64,000 bases of DNA, from the NCBI GenBank assembly GCA_963758535.1, contig CAVWVT010000015.1, forward strand, positions 202,472 to 266,471, written 5' to 3'. The notes beneath the pieces are model-generated. The model searched no databases. It was not told the DNA's origin and saw nothing but the letters and a program-made list of their open reading frames with translations. Position numbers and translations under genes: made by a program. Numbering within the stretch: position 1 is the stretch's first letter; every line of letters begins with the position of its first letter. Of the stretch, positions 8,986-20,128 are shown in pieces. Source of the stretch: an uncultured Verrucomicrobiae bacterium (lineage in GTDB: Bacteria; Verrucomicrobiota; Verrucomicrobiia; Chthoniobacterales; UBA10450).

Positions 8986-10561
8986 CATTTCTGGCGCGTT
9001 CGCATTTCGGCTTTATGACGAGCAGGGATTTCCGCTCGACCTGACTCAGTTGATGGCACGAGAGCGTGGCTTGAGTGTTGATGTCGCTGGTTTTGAGAAA
9101 TTGATGGACGAACAGCGTTCCCGCGCGCGCGCTGCTCAAAAGAAAGCGGCACTTACTGTTCAGCACACTGGTGTACTTTGAGACAAAATTCATCGGATAT
9201 GACTGCCTGAAAGCAGATGATGCACGTCTATGTAACGTTGTTGAGAAGATTCGGAGGAATTGGGAGTGGTGATATATGGGCAATCGTTGATGTATCGCCG
9301 TTTTACGCGGAGATGGGCGGTCAGGTCGGAGATACGGGTGAATTGAGATTTGTTGAAGATGGCAAGATTTCTGGAAATCGTTAATACGCTGAAGCAGGGC
9401 GGTACGTTCTATTTAAAGCTTGCCGATACGGAGGGTTTCGACTGGTCTCCTGGTCAGCGCCAGTTACGAACTGAGCGTTGATGCGCCGCGTCGCCGCGCG
9501 ATCGAGCGACACCATACCGTCACACATATTTTGCACTGGGCGCTGCACGAACTCGTTAGTCGCGAGGCGGTGCAGAAGGGAAGCTACGTGGGACCGGAGA
9601 AGTTGACGTTCGATTTTTCGAGCGCGGCGCTGACGAAGAAGCAGGTGCGTGATCTCGAGAAAATGGTGAACGAGAAGGTCGCGGAGAACGCGGCGGTTTC
9701 GTGGACCGAAGTTCCCTACGTAGAAGCGAAGAAGCGCTCCGATATTCAGCAATTCTTTGGTGACAAGTATGGCGACGTCGTGCGCGTCGTGCAGATCGGC
9801 GGCGGCCCTAACGAGTTGAATGGATACTCCATGGAACTCTGCGGCGGCACGCATGTGCGCGCGACGGGAGAGATTGGTGCGTTCCGCATCGTGCGCGAAG
9901 AAGCGATCGCGGCGGGTATTCGAAGAATTGAAGCGGTTGCGGGTGGCGCGGCGAAAGAATGGGCGATGAACGAGGCGAAGCGGCAGGAAGAAAAGTTCCA
10001 GACTCTCGGGCGGAAGAAATCTGGCATCGCGGCGCTGCCGGCGTTCACAGATGACGCCGAAGCGAACTGTGATGCTGCAACAGATCGATGCGCGGGCGGC
10101 GCACTTGGAAAAATTGGAAGCGGAAGTTCGCGATTGGGAAAAGCAGAATGCGAAAGCAAACGAAGCGAATCTGCGAAGTCGCGCAGCGGCGATCGCGAAA
10201 GAGCTCGCGGAATCGCATGCTGGAAAGAAGTCGTTAGTCGCGCAGGTGGCGGATGGCGATGGAAAATTGCTGCAGGCGGTTGCGGATTCGCTCAAAACGA
10301 AATTCAACGGCCCGATCTTTCTGGCGGGTGCGACGGATGGAACCGTTGCCTTAATTGCATCCGTTCCGAATGAGCTCGTTTCGAAAATTCCCGCAAACAA
10401 ATTAATTCAGGAAGTCGCGCCGATTGTCGGTGGCAAAGGCGGTGGCCGGCCAGAAAACGCGCGGGGTGCCGGTACGGATGTCGCGAAAATCGAAGAAGCT
10501 CTCGCCAGCGCGCGCGCCTTTTTTGAATAGAAAAAACCGTGAAGAGAACAGCGTCGGGTAG

Positions 10562-11641
10562 GTGCCGCTGTCGGTGAGTCCGATGAAGTCGCTTTCCCGG
10601 TATGCGTTCAGTTGGTTGATCGGCGTTCTCGTTTTCATTCTCGTTTGTGCGGGCATTAACAAGTTCTTCCCGCGGCCAGTGAATTGGATTTCGCTCAAGG
10701 TGCACCGATTTACCGAGAAGAAGGATGACGTCGATATCGTCTTTATCGGATCGAGCAGGAGTTATCATGGGATTGCGCCAAAGGTTTTCGATCAAACGCT
10801 GCTCGCGAGTGGCCACGAATGGCGGTCTTTCAACATGGCGATGGATGGGATGACCACGGCGGAAAGTTTCGCCATGGTGCGACGGCTGCTCGCGTTGCAT
10901 CCGCGAAAACTTAAGTTCATTTTTTTTGAAACTCAGTCCGTCATCACGGCAGGCACTCCGACTGGGGACCAGAAGGTGACGGAGCGAGACGTTTATTGGC
11001 GCGATTGGGAATCGCTGCTGTCCGGTTTCCGGATGTTCGATATGGGTCTCGCCCTGCCGAGCGGCGTTGTTGCTGGAACTCCTTATTCCTTTCGGCGTTG
11101 GAACGATTTCGGGACGCTTCTTTTCGCAAATGTCCATCTTTGGATACGGAACGTAACTAACGTCGGAATCGCGATGGAAATTCTTCGGGGCGCAATCGAT
11201 GTGCTTCCTCCGCGGCCTCCACCATCCCGACAAGAATCCAACGAAGCCAGTTTGCCGTCGAATTGGGATGGCTACTATGCCATGTCGAATCCAATGTCGG
11301 CAGCTACCCTAACGACTTACCGCAAGGCTTTCGCGAGCATGCAGGATCGACCGGTTCGACCTCGACCCAGCCCAATGATGCGCAGCGAACTGGAGCGCTT
11401 CGTGCAAGAAATGACTGCAAAAAATATCGAAGTGGTTTTCGTGGTCCCTCCTTCTGCCAAAGGGGGCCGGGGAGCCGGGATTAATGTTCCCTCGGGAAGC
11501 CGGCTTTTAGCTTATGACGACTTCACTCGTTATCCGCAGTTTTACGAGGAAGAAAACCGACTGGATACCGAACATCTTAATGCTCGCGGCGCGGAGATCT
11601 TTACCCGTGTTCTGGCGCAGAGAGTTTGTCCATTCGCTTGA
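10562..11641 (+). CDS. Membrane-anchored SGNH/DltD-like protein, probable partner of the adjacent MBOAT acyltransferase
   Basis: N-terminal TM helix, block-I-like IVFIGSSRSYHG and C-terminal DTEHLNARGAEIF (DxxH). Sits immediately upstream of the MBOAT gene. The functional call is an inference. Confidence 0.5.
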   Translation: MPLSVSPMKSLSRYAFSWLIGVLVFILVCAGINKFFPRPVNWISLKVHRFTEKKDDVDIVFIGSSRSYHGIAPKVFDQTLLASGHEWRSFNMAMDGMTTAESFAMVRRLLALHPRKLKFIFFETQSVITAGTPTGDQKVTERDVYWRDWESLLSGFRMFDMGLALPSGVVAGTPYSFRRWNDFGTLLFANVHLWIRNVTNVGIAMEILRGAIDVLPPRPPPSRQESNEASLPSNWDGYYAMSNPMSAATLTTYRKAFASMQDRPVRPRPSPMMRSELERFVQEMTAKNIEVVFVVPPSAKGGRGAGINVPSGSRLLAYDDFTRYPQFYEEENRLDTEHLNARGAEIFTRVLAQRVCPFA

Positions 11642-11679
11642 CTCGGCAGGTCGTTAGGTCATTCCGATAGTTCCTTCCT

Positions 11680-13176
11680 GTGCTCTTCGTCGAGTCTCGT
11701 TTTTTCTTTTTCTTTGCGGTCGTCTTCAGCGTCGCCTGGGCGTTGCGGTCGAACACCGCCCGGAAAGCCTTTCTGCTCGCCTGCAGTTATTTCTTTTACT
11801 CCTGCTTTTTCGTCGGCGCTCCGCTTCCTTTCTTCTCGCACTTAATGGCGGGGCAATTGGGCTGCGCTCCCGCCCGGCTGGTGGTTCCCGTTTGTCCTGC
11901 TGGGCTCGACTTGTGTGGACTATTTCGTCGGCCTCAAAATCGAAGACGCCTCCAGCAATGCCCGTCGCCGCGCTTTTTTACTCGTTAGTCTGGTCGGGAA
12001 TCTCGGGACCTTGTGCATCTTCAAATACCTGAACTTTTTCGTCAGCTCGGCCGGCGAATTTCTCGCCTGGATCGGATTGCCAGCTTCAATCCACACGCTC
12101 CGCATCATTCTTCCCTACGCCGTCAGTTTCTACACGTTCCAATCGATCAGCTATACCGTTGAGGTCTATCGACGGCATCTCCGCGCCGAACGCAGCTTTC
12201 TCGATCTGGCGTTTTTCATCTCCTTTTTCCCTCCGCTGGTGGCGGGACCAATCGTGCGGGCCATGCATTTTCTGCCGCAAACAAAAACCCGGCCGCAATG
12301 GTCCCACGTCGACGCGCGGGGAGCGCTCGTTCTTTTTCTAGGAGGTTTCGTCAAGAAAGCCTGCATAGCCGACAGCGTGGCGCCATTTGTCGACCAATAT
12401 TTTGCCAATCCGCGGAGCTACGGCGTGGCGAGCGCGTGGATCGGCGTCCTGCTTTATGCAGTGCAAATTTATTGCGATTTCTCAGGCTATACCGATATGG
12501 CGATCGCCGTTGCCCGTCTCCTTGGTTATTCCCTAACGATCAATTTTAACTTTCCTTATTTCGCCTCATCGATCGCGGATTTTTGGCACCGGTGGCATAT
12601 CAGCCTTTCGAGCTGGTTGCGCGATTATCTTTATATTCCGTTAGGCGGAAATCGGGGTTCGCGCATTTTCACGTATCGCAACATTCTCCTTACGATGCTG
12701 CTTGGCGGTCTCTGGCACGGCGCGTCGTGGGTCTTCGTCCTTTGGGGAGGACTGCATGGCTTGGGCCTGATCGTGCACCGGCAATGGTTGCAGTCGCGGG
12801 CGAGATTAGCTCTCAGCCTCGAGAACATGCCGCGAGTGCCCAGCTGATTTATCACGTCCTTGCCGTGGCGCTCACGTTCTATTTTGTCTGTGTGTGCTGG
12901 ATTTTCTTTCGATCCGTCGAACTGCACAAAGCCGAGATTATCGTGCGCCGTTTCGTCTTCTTGAGAGGACACGGTCGTCAAACCCTGGACCTGCGACTGT
13001 GGTGGCTCCTGGGCGGGTTGGCGTTCGTGCACTGGTTAAACTATAGGAAAGTGTTCGCTACGTGGTGGCGTCGCTTGCCCGATCCAGCGTTTGCCGCGGT
13101 CTACGGCGCGGGTTGGGCGGTCGTTTTGCTTTTCATACCGGCGCACTATGTGCCGTTCATCTATTTCCAGTTTTGA
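11680..13176 (+). pseudogene. MBOAT family O-acyltransferase (AlgI/DltB-like), two frame changes (~11851, ~12840)
   Basis: Pieces 11680..11988, 11915..12847 and 12583..13176. MBOAT motifs FWHRWHISLSSWLRDYLYIPLGGNRG and LLGGLWHGASW. Both shifts lie at G/C homopolymer runs. Confidence 0.85.
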
Positions 13177-13219
13177 GCCAGGTTGTCTCCTAACGAATAG
13201 AATTAGAACCGCTAATGCT

Positions 13220-14218
13220 TCACGGAAGCAGCAAGGTAACAGCGGCGGTGATGCCAAAGGCGATAATGAGCACGCACAAATAAATCACGCTTCCCAGGGC
13301 AAATTTGAAAACTGTCGCGAACCAATTTTGCCTGTAAACCCGGCGGATCGCGACCAACAAATTGATCACGACTGCGAAACCCAGAAAGGTGCAAACCAGC
13401 GGGGTAAGCGGGCCCGGAAGTTGCCAGTTCAGCAGAAGACCGATCCCGATGATTATGAGCGTGGAAAGAAAGACAAACGCGTGCGTGTGCAGGGCGAAGA
13501 TAAGATGTTCGATATAGTATCTTCGTTTGAAGATGTAGAGAAGTTTTAGGACAAACGTAAAGAGCGGAATACAACACAGGACCATCGGACCGAGATTGTC
13601 GATCAGCGCCTTGAGAAAAAGATCTCCGCGAGCGCCTGTAGGTCCGAGTTTTTCTTTCGCGCGTTTCTCTATCCATGATTCGAACGGTGACTTCGGCCGT
13701 CCGTCATCAGAGTCGAAACGAAAGTTGATACCGCTTTTTTCCTCAGTCGCTTTTTTTTCAAACGGATTGGGCGCCGGTGAGGGCGACGCCGTGGTCGCCT
13801 TCTTGGTGTCGCTATCGAAGATGATTGGTTGTTCGTGATGCGGCGGGTGAAGATCATATAGACCTCGGATCAAGAAGAAGAACGCGACGCTTGCGAGCAG
13901 GTAGAGTCGCAGCGGATGAACGTAGCGCTGCCGGCGACCGGCCAAAAATTCGTTCGTTAGGCGCCAGGGTTTTATCAGAACAAGTCCAAACGTTTTCAGG
14001 AAACGTTCGTCCAGATTGAGAAAGGCATCGGCGGCATCGGCCAGGAGCGTGCCGAAGGAGCGATGATAATCGATTGCAGGCTGACCGCATTGCGCGCAGT
14101 AGCGGCCGGTCAAAGCCGCGCCGCAATTTTCGCAATGCGTGAGGAGCGGGCCCGCTTTCTTTTTGCGCCAACCCCAGCGCCGCCGCGGGTATTGTTCCAT
14201 CTCGGCCGCTGTCGGCAT
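13220..14218 (-). CDS. DUF3667-like membrane protein with N-terminal zinc ribbon
   Basis: CENCGAALTGRYCAQCGQP followed by several TM segments. 332 aa. Confidence 0.7.
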   Translation of the reverse strand: MPTAAEMEQYPRRRWGWRKKKAGPLLTHCENCGAALTGRYCAQCGQPAIDYHRSFGTLLADAADAFLNLDERFLKTFGLVLIKPWRLTNEFLAGRRQRYVHPLRLYLLASVAFFFLIRGLYDLHPPHHEQPIIFDSDTKKATTASPSPAPNPFEKKATEEKSGINFRFDSDDGRPKSPFESWIEKRAKEKLGPTGARGDLFLKALIDNLGPMVLCCIPLFTFVLKLLYIFKRRYYIEHLIFALHTHAFVFLSTLIIIGIGLLLNWQLPGPLTPLVCTFLGFAVVINLLVAIRRVYRQNWFATVFKFALGSVIYLCVLIIAFGITAAVTLLLP

Positions 14219-14339
14219 CGCCGACGATCAACGGCGTCGTGTCATCGGACATAGCGCAGTGAAGTTATTGAAAACCGTCAGCCTGCGTCTACGGCGAAGT
14301 CGCTCTCTTAGAGATGGATCTTTTGCGCTTCGCGTTGCT

Positions 14340-14570
14340 CTAGTTACGCAGCAGGAAAAGCAATGCGGTCCCGAAAATGCCGGTCGCAAAAAGCCAGGTG
14401 GTATTTCCAATGAAGTAGGGAAAGACCATGAGCGCGAGGCCGAGGAACATCGGTTTCCAGACGTTCATACGCTTCCCGTAAATGAAGGCGACGAATCCGA
14501 TCGATCCGAAGATCAGTCCGGCCATTAAGTTTGCAAAGCTAAGGGCGGGCATTGGAGGCAGACCAGGCAT
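14340..14570 (-). CDS. Small hydrophobic membrane protein (76 aa), unknown function
   Basis: Two or three predicted TM helices ([18 protein letters not shown]..., [14 protein letters not shown]...). No recognisable family. Confidence 0.45.
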   Translation of the reverse strand: MPGLPPMPALSFANLMAGLIFGSIGFVAFIYGKRMNVWKPMFLGLALMVFPYFIGNTTWLFATGIFGTALLFLLRN

Positions 14571-14707
14571 GCGCCCCTAGCAGCTTAAGTCAGGCCAATG
14601 CGGCGCGGTCCCGCGCAGAGCACGAACTAAACATTGACCGCGCTCGGGATGGGATGTCACGATGCCGCCCGCCAAAGCAGGTATTTAGCCTAACGAATCA
14701 AAAAAAC

Positions 14708-16318
14708 ATGAATCTTCTCCGAACCAAAAGTCCCGACCTGCTCATCCGCGAATCGGAGGCGCCGGAACGCAAGATGAAGCGCGCGCTCACCGCATTCGAT
14801 CTCACCTGTCTCGGCATCGGCGCGATCATCGGCGCGGGAATATTCGCACTCGCGGGCACTGCGGCGGCCGGAGAATCCGCGCATGTCGGCGAGTCGATCG
14901 TGAAAACGCCGATCATCAATTTTATCATCGCGTTTCTGCATCACAGTGATCTGGTGTTCGGCCGGCCGGCCGCGGGACCCGCTGTCGCGCTTTCGTTCGT
15001 CGTCGCCGCATTGGCTTGTGCATTCGCCGCGCTTTGCTACAGCGAGCTTGCTGCGATGATTCCGGTGTCGGGCTCGGCCTACACTTATTCCTACGCGACC
15101 CTGGGCGAACTGATCGCCTGGATTATCGGTTGGGATTTGATTCTCGAATACGCGGTCGGCAACATGGCCGTGGCAAAGGGTTGGTCGGATTATTTCGTAA
15201 AATTTCTCTACAGTCTAAGTCACGGGGCGATAAGACTTCCACTTTGGCTCGTATCCGATCCGACTACCGCGGCGACCAAAATCTCCCAAGGCGGCGAGAG
15301 TGCGCAGTATTATTCGCCGCTAACTTTGCCCCATCTCTTCGGATATCCCGTCGCTATCGATCTTCCGGCGTTGCTGATTGTCGCGGGGGTGACGGTGCTT
15401 TTGATTTATGGAATTCGCGAGAGCGCGACCACAAACACGACCATTGTCCTGATCAAGCTCGCCGTTGTCGTGTTCGTGATCGCGTTCGGCGCGTTCATGG
15501 TTAACCCGACAAACTGGCACCCATTCATGCCGAGCGGTTTTGGTGGTGTAATGAGCGGCGCGGCGATTGTCTTTTTTGCCTTCATCGGGTTTGATGCAGT
15601 TTCAACTACGGCGGAGGAAACGAAAAACCCACAACGCGATCTTCCGATTGGAATGATCGCGAGCCTGATCATCTGCACGGTGCTCTACGTTTTGATGTCG
15701 GGAATTTTAACCGGCATTAAGAAATACACAGTTTATCTCGGTGATTCTGCGGCGGTCGCGACGGCATTCGCAAGCAAGCCGTGGGCGCAGGCGCTCATCA
15801 GCGCAGGCGCGCTCGCCGGTCTCACGTCCGTGTTGCTCGTTTTCCAACTCGGCCAGCCGCGGATCTTCATGGCGATGGGGCGAGACGGTTTGCTTCCGCA
15901 ATATTTTTCGCGCATTCATCCGCGCTTTCGCACGCCGCACATCACGACCATTTGGACTGGTATCGCTGTTGGTGGCGTGGCGATGTTTACCGACATCGGT
16001 TCGTTAGCCGATCTGACAAACATCGGCACGCTCTTCGCGTTCATCCTCGTTTGTTGCGGGGTCATCGTTTTGCGTCGCAAAGAACCCGGCCGCCCGCGAC
16101 CGTTTCGCGTTCCGCTGGTTCCACTTTTTCCGATCATCGGCGTTCTGCTCTGCTTCGCTCTGATGCTCAGCCTGCCGATTGAAACTTGGATTCGGTTCTT
16201 TGTCTGGCTCGCGATTGGCCTGGTGATTTATTTCTTGTACGGAATTCGCAACAGCAAGCTGGCGCGTGGTATTGATACTGGCGAAACGGAAAACACTCTT
16301 CCGCCGATCGAGCCTTGA
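14708..16318 (+). CDS. APC superfamily amino acid permease (cationic amino acid transporter-like)
   Basis: [17 protein letters not shown]...[20 protein letters not shown], ...[22 protein letters not shown]. The ATG at 14708 is preferred over the upstream TTG of the ORF track. Confidence 0.88.
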   Translation: MNLLRTKSPDLLIRESEAPERKMKRALTAFDLTCLGIGAIIGAGIFALAGTAAAGESAHVGESIVKTPIINFIIAFLHHSDLVFGRPAAGPAVALSFVVAALACAFAALCYSELAAMIPVSGSAYTYSYATLGELIAWIIGWDLILEYAVGNMAVAKGWSDYFVKFLYSLSHGAIRLPLWLVSDPTTAATKISQGGESAQYYSPLTLPHLFGYPVAIDLPALLIVAGVTVLLIYGIRESATTNTTIVLIKLAVVVFVIAFGAFMVNPTNWHPFMPSGFGGVMSGAAIVFFAFIGFDAVSTTAEETKNPQRDLPIGMIASLIICTVLYVLMSGILTGIKKYTVYLGDSAAVATAFASKPWAQALISAGALAGLTSVLLVFQLGQPRIFMAMGRDGLLPQYFSRIHPRFRTPHITTIWTGIAVGGVAMFTDIGSLADLTNIGTLFAFILVCCGVIVLRRKEPGRPRPFRVPLVPLFPIIGVLLCFALMLSLPIETWIRFFVWLAIGLVIYFLYGIRNSKLARGIDTGETENTLPPIEP

Positions 16319-16325
16319 AGATGCT

Positions 16326-16406
16326 GTCATCTGGAGCGGATGCGGGGCGTCGCTAGTTACTACGCGTGTAGTTGTTCGTGAGGTCCCTCGCGGACGCTGG
16401 GATGAC
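16326..16406. repeat. Degenerate copy of the GTCATCCTGAGCGAAGCGAAGGA inverted-repeat element (family 2)
   Basis: GTCATCTGGAGCGGATGCGGGG ... GAGGTCCCTCGCGGACGCTGGGATGAC. Overlaps the 3' end of the S9 peptidase frame. Confidence 0.6.
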
Positions 16407-18380
16407 AAGCGTGCTTCGCGATGCTGTTAGTGCGAGCCCGATGCACCGGCGCTCGACGCCGTTCGCTGTCTCCGGATGCAAATGGTCGTCGAGGAATTTT
16501 TCCATGGCTCCGTAGAAGTCGAAGCGGTTTTCTTCGTTGTGGAAACCGTGGCCTTCATTTTCCTTCACCATGTATTCGACATCGACGCCGCGTTTCTTTA
16601 ACGCTGCGACCATCTGATCCGATTCCGCCTTGTTCACGCGCGGATCATGCGCGCCCTGCGCGACAAAAAGCGGCGTCTTGATCTTGTCGGCGTGCATAGA
16701 CCGGCGAGGCGGCTTCCATCATCGCCTTGTCTTTTTCCGGATCGCCCACCATCTCGTGGAACATGTCGAGGAACGGTTTCCAATAAGGCGGAATCGTTTT
16801 CATGAAAGTAAACATGTTGGCCACGCCAACGTAATCGACCGCCGCCGCATAGAGATCAGGCGTAAAAGTGACGCCGGCGAGCGTGGCGTAACCGCCATAG
16901 CTGCCGCCGTAAATCGCGACGCGTTTCGGATCGGCGATGCCTTGCTTGATCAGCCACTGCACGCCGTCGGTGATATCGTCCTGCATCTTCTTGCCCCATT
17001 GTTTGAACGAGGCTTCCCAGAATTTGCGACCGTAACCGGTCGAGCCGCGGAAGTTCATCTGCAGAACGGCGTAGCCGCGGTTGGCAAGGAATTGCACTTC
17101 CGGATTGAAGCCCCAGGTGTCGCGATACCACGGTCCGCCGTGCGGATTGACGACGACCGGGAAGGTTTTTCGCCTCGCGTCCGAGCGGCAAGCGTGAGGT
17201 AACCATGAATCGTCAGGCCATCGCGGCTCTTGTATTCGATCGGCTTCATCGGCGCGAGTTGATTTTCCTTCAGCCAGGGCGCGACCTCGGCGAGCTTGGT
17301 CAGCTCTTTACTTTTCACGTCGTAAAGATTGCGCGTGCCGGGCGTGCGATCGTTGCTCGCCATGACGATGAACTTGTCCTCGGCCTTATCGTTCGCGACA
17401 GTCTCGACCTCATAGCCAGGCAGTTTTTGCTGCAAGCGTCTTGTACATTTCTTCGCTCTGCTGGATCGAAGAACTTGCGATCCGTTTTCCAGGTCGTCGA
17501 ACGTGGCAAAGGTCACAACCTTCCGCTTTTTCGAATAGGCGAGTGCATCAACATCGACATCCGGATTCTGCATAAAGCATCTCCGTCTCTTTGCCGGTAG
17601 CGGGATCAATCGTGACCACCGCCTGTTTGTCGCTGCCGATGTTGGAAACGGCATAGAGTTCTTGTTATCGAAAGTGTAGAACTGCGGGGCGAGCGTGTTC
17701 GCGGAAATTTGTCGTCAGCACAGTCTTGAATTTGCTCTTTTCGTCCGGACGCGTGAGAAGCTTGGAGTTCACACCATCGGTCTCGATCGCGGCCCGGAAT
17801 GCGGACCTGCGTGATCGGTGACCCATTGCGAAACTTTGCCCGGGTTTTCCGCTACCATTTTCATTTCGCCGGTCGACACGTTAAGCCGGAAAGCGTCGAA
17901 GATTTCCGGATTGCGCTTGTTCAACGTGATAAGGACATCGGTGTTGGAAATGTCCTCCAGATCGTCGATCACGCCGGCGCGCACTTTCGGAAACGGCGTC
18001 AGATCTTTCACCTCGCCGCCCTTCAGATCGACGCGTTTGAGGTGAAAATTCTCGTCGCCTTTGTTGTCCTGCGCATAGAGGAGAAAGGTATTCCCCTTCC
18101 AGCCGTAATCGCGAATGTCGCGATCTTTCTCTGAGGTTAGGCGCTTCGCTTCGCCGCCTTCTACCGGTCGCACGAAAATGTTCATGCGCGATTCCCATGG
18201 CTGCAGGAACGAAAGCATCTTGCCGTCGGGCGAGAGTTGGTAATCGCGGCTCTCTGGATTGCGGAAAAAGTCGCGCAGCGGAATTTTCGGCGGGATGGCG
18301 CTGGCGGAGGGGGCTGGATTTTCGGCGAAAGTGAAATTGGCCGCAGCCAGAAAACAGAAGAGAGCGAGAACTTTTTTCAT
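16353..18380 (-). pseudogene. S9 family serine peptidase (prolyl oligopeptidase/dipeptidyl aminopeptidase-like), many frame changes
   Basis: Signal peptide MKKVLALFCFLAAANFTFA. Pieces 17769..18413, 17055..17654, 16645..17097 and 16353..16697 plus unlisted short frames. Catalytic region [12 protein letters not shown] and ...AQGAHDPRV...GHGF. Confidence 0.85.
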
Positions 18381-18554
18381 AAGCTTGTCAGGTAGATGCG
18401 CATCATGGCGCATTTGGATTCAAGTTTTTTACGTAGTCGGTTGTTATTTTGAAATCATCGTTCTGAGATTTTGTTCAAACGGCGGCTCGCGTCGCGTTGA
18501 CGCAAGCCGCCGTTGTGAAAACCAATACCGCTTCGCAGCGGCTGGAGTTTCAAG

Positions 18555-19020
18555 TTACCGCGTAGCCTCAACCATCGTGAAGCTCGCTTTGTCATCCGCA
18601 TCGAGCCAGTCGAAAAGCGGTGTCGTCGCCGGATCGAGCCCGAGCTTTTTCGTTTCCTCGATATAATAATCGCGCTTCTCCGGATTGTTGTAGAGAGGAT
18701 TCGCTTTCTCCATTCCGTCCGACCAGATCTTTTATTTCATCGGACGTTTTCTCTTGGCCGTGGGTGTCGAGCCATTTCGCCATATCGGCGTCGCTGGCGC
18801 CTTTCTCCACTTCCGCCTTGAAGTCGTCACCTTTCACGCCTTTGAAACCGAAAAGCATGTTATCGAGCGGACAATCGAAATGATATTCGCCGATGTTTCC
18901 GGCGATGAGCGCGCGACACTTATCCAGCGTGCGCCCAAGAATTGCATAACCGCCGACGCGCGTGCGTGGACTGCGCGGCGCTTCCTTTGTCAGATCTTTA
19001 CCCGAGATTTTGTGTTCCAT
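18555..19020 (-). pseudogene. DUF5069-like protein, one frame change near a T/A run at ~18731
   Basis: MEHKISGKDLTKEAPRSPRTRVGGYAILGRTLDKCRA... continues after a shift as ...IWSDGMEKANPLYNNPEKRDYYIEETKKLGLDP... Confidence 0.65.
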
Positions 19021-19073
19021 GTTAGAGGCTAAAGCTAAATCGCGGGACCGACAACCGAGGCTACAGTGATGAT

Positions 19074-20124
19074 GTGACTAAGGTTCTGTGCGGCTTCGTC
19101 ATCGCCGTAATTTGCATTGCGCGCGCAGGGGCGGGCCCGATCGCAGTGCCGCCATCTGGCAAGCTGTATCACGGTTTTTATTACGATGGTCCGGCGCTGA
19201 ACGAGCACGACGTTACCCCGCAGGACGTCGCCAAATATGAAAATGCTGTCGGCAAGAAAACGGCGTGGATATTCTTTTCCGATAACTGGTTTGAATCGCG
19301 CAAATTCCCCGGCGCGATGTGCGAATGGATTCGCGGTCTCGGGAAAGTTCCATATGTCCGATTGATGTTGCGCTCGGATGTTGAGCAGAACCGTCCGGAG
19401 AAAATTTTTACGCTCGAGAAAATCATCCGCGGTGAATTTGACGAAGACCTGCGAAACTGGGCGCGCGAAGCAAAGACATTTCAGTCGCCGATTTTGATCG
19501 AGTGGGGGATGGAGCCGAACGGCGATTGGTTTTCCTGGAACGGAAAATGGAACGGTGGCGCGAAAACTGGACCGGCGAATTACATCGCCGCATATCGTCA
19601 CATCGTGGATCTGATGCGTGCGTGAAGGGGCGAACAATCTGCAGTGGGTCTGGCACGTGAACTGGTTCGATTCACCGGAAGCGAAATGGAACCGGTTCGA
19701 AAATTATTACCCGGGCGATGCCTATTGCGATTGGATTGGACTGAGCGCTTATGGCCCGCTCACGCCGACAACACCGGATGGAACAGAAAGCTTGCGCTTC
19801 AAGATGCACGAAGCCTATTCCCGCCTAACGAAACTGGCGCCGGGTAAGCCGATCGTGATCGCGGAGTTTGGTTGCGATCTGCACAACCGCAGAGTGAGCG
19901 CGGATGCGTGGGCGAAATCGGCGCTGGAAGATCTGTTCTCCGGCCGCTGGCCCGCCGTGATCGGTTTCTGTTGGTGGAATGAGGCGTGGGAGAACGATGA
20001 TCACAAGAAACACGATACCGACATGAATATTTTGCACGATCGCGCCCTAACGAATGTTTTTCGCACAGAATTCGCGCGGCATACCGACAAGATTCAGGAA
20101 GTACCGATTTTCAGTGCGCGCTGA
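19074..20124 (+). pseudogene. Glycoside hydrolase (GH26-like) with signal peptide, one frame change at ~19615
   Basis: ORFs 19074..19625 and 19618..20124 join as ...YRHIVDLMR/EGANNLQWVWHVNW... IEWGMEPNGDWFSWNG is GH26-like. The family call is from memory. Confidence 0.55.
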
Positions 20125-20128
20125 ATTC

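Larger units (their letters stand above)
7061..10530 (+). pseudogene. alaS: Alanine--tRNA ligase, interrupted by >=7 frame changes and two repeat-element insertions (or by assembly errors)
   Basis: AlaRS sequence is spread over ORFs 7061..7831, 7734..8033, 7934..9181, short pieces at 9174-9470, 9420..10373 and 10051..10530. Examples are [74 protein letters not shown] and GGKGGGRPENARGAG. Confidence 0.9.
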
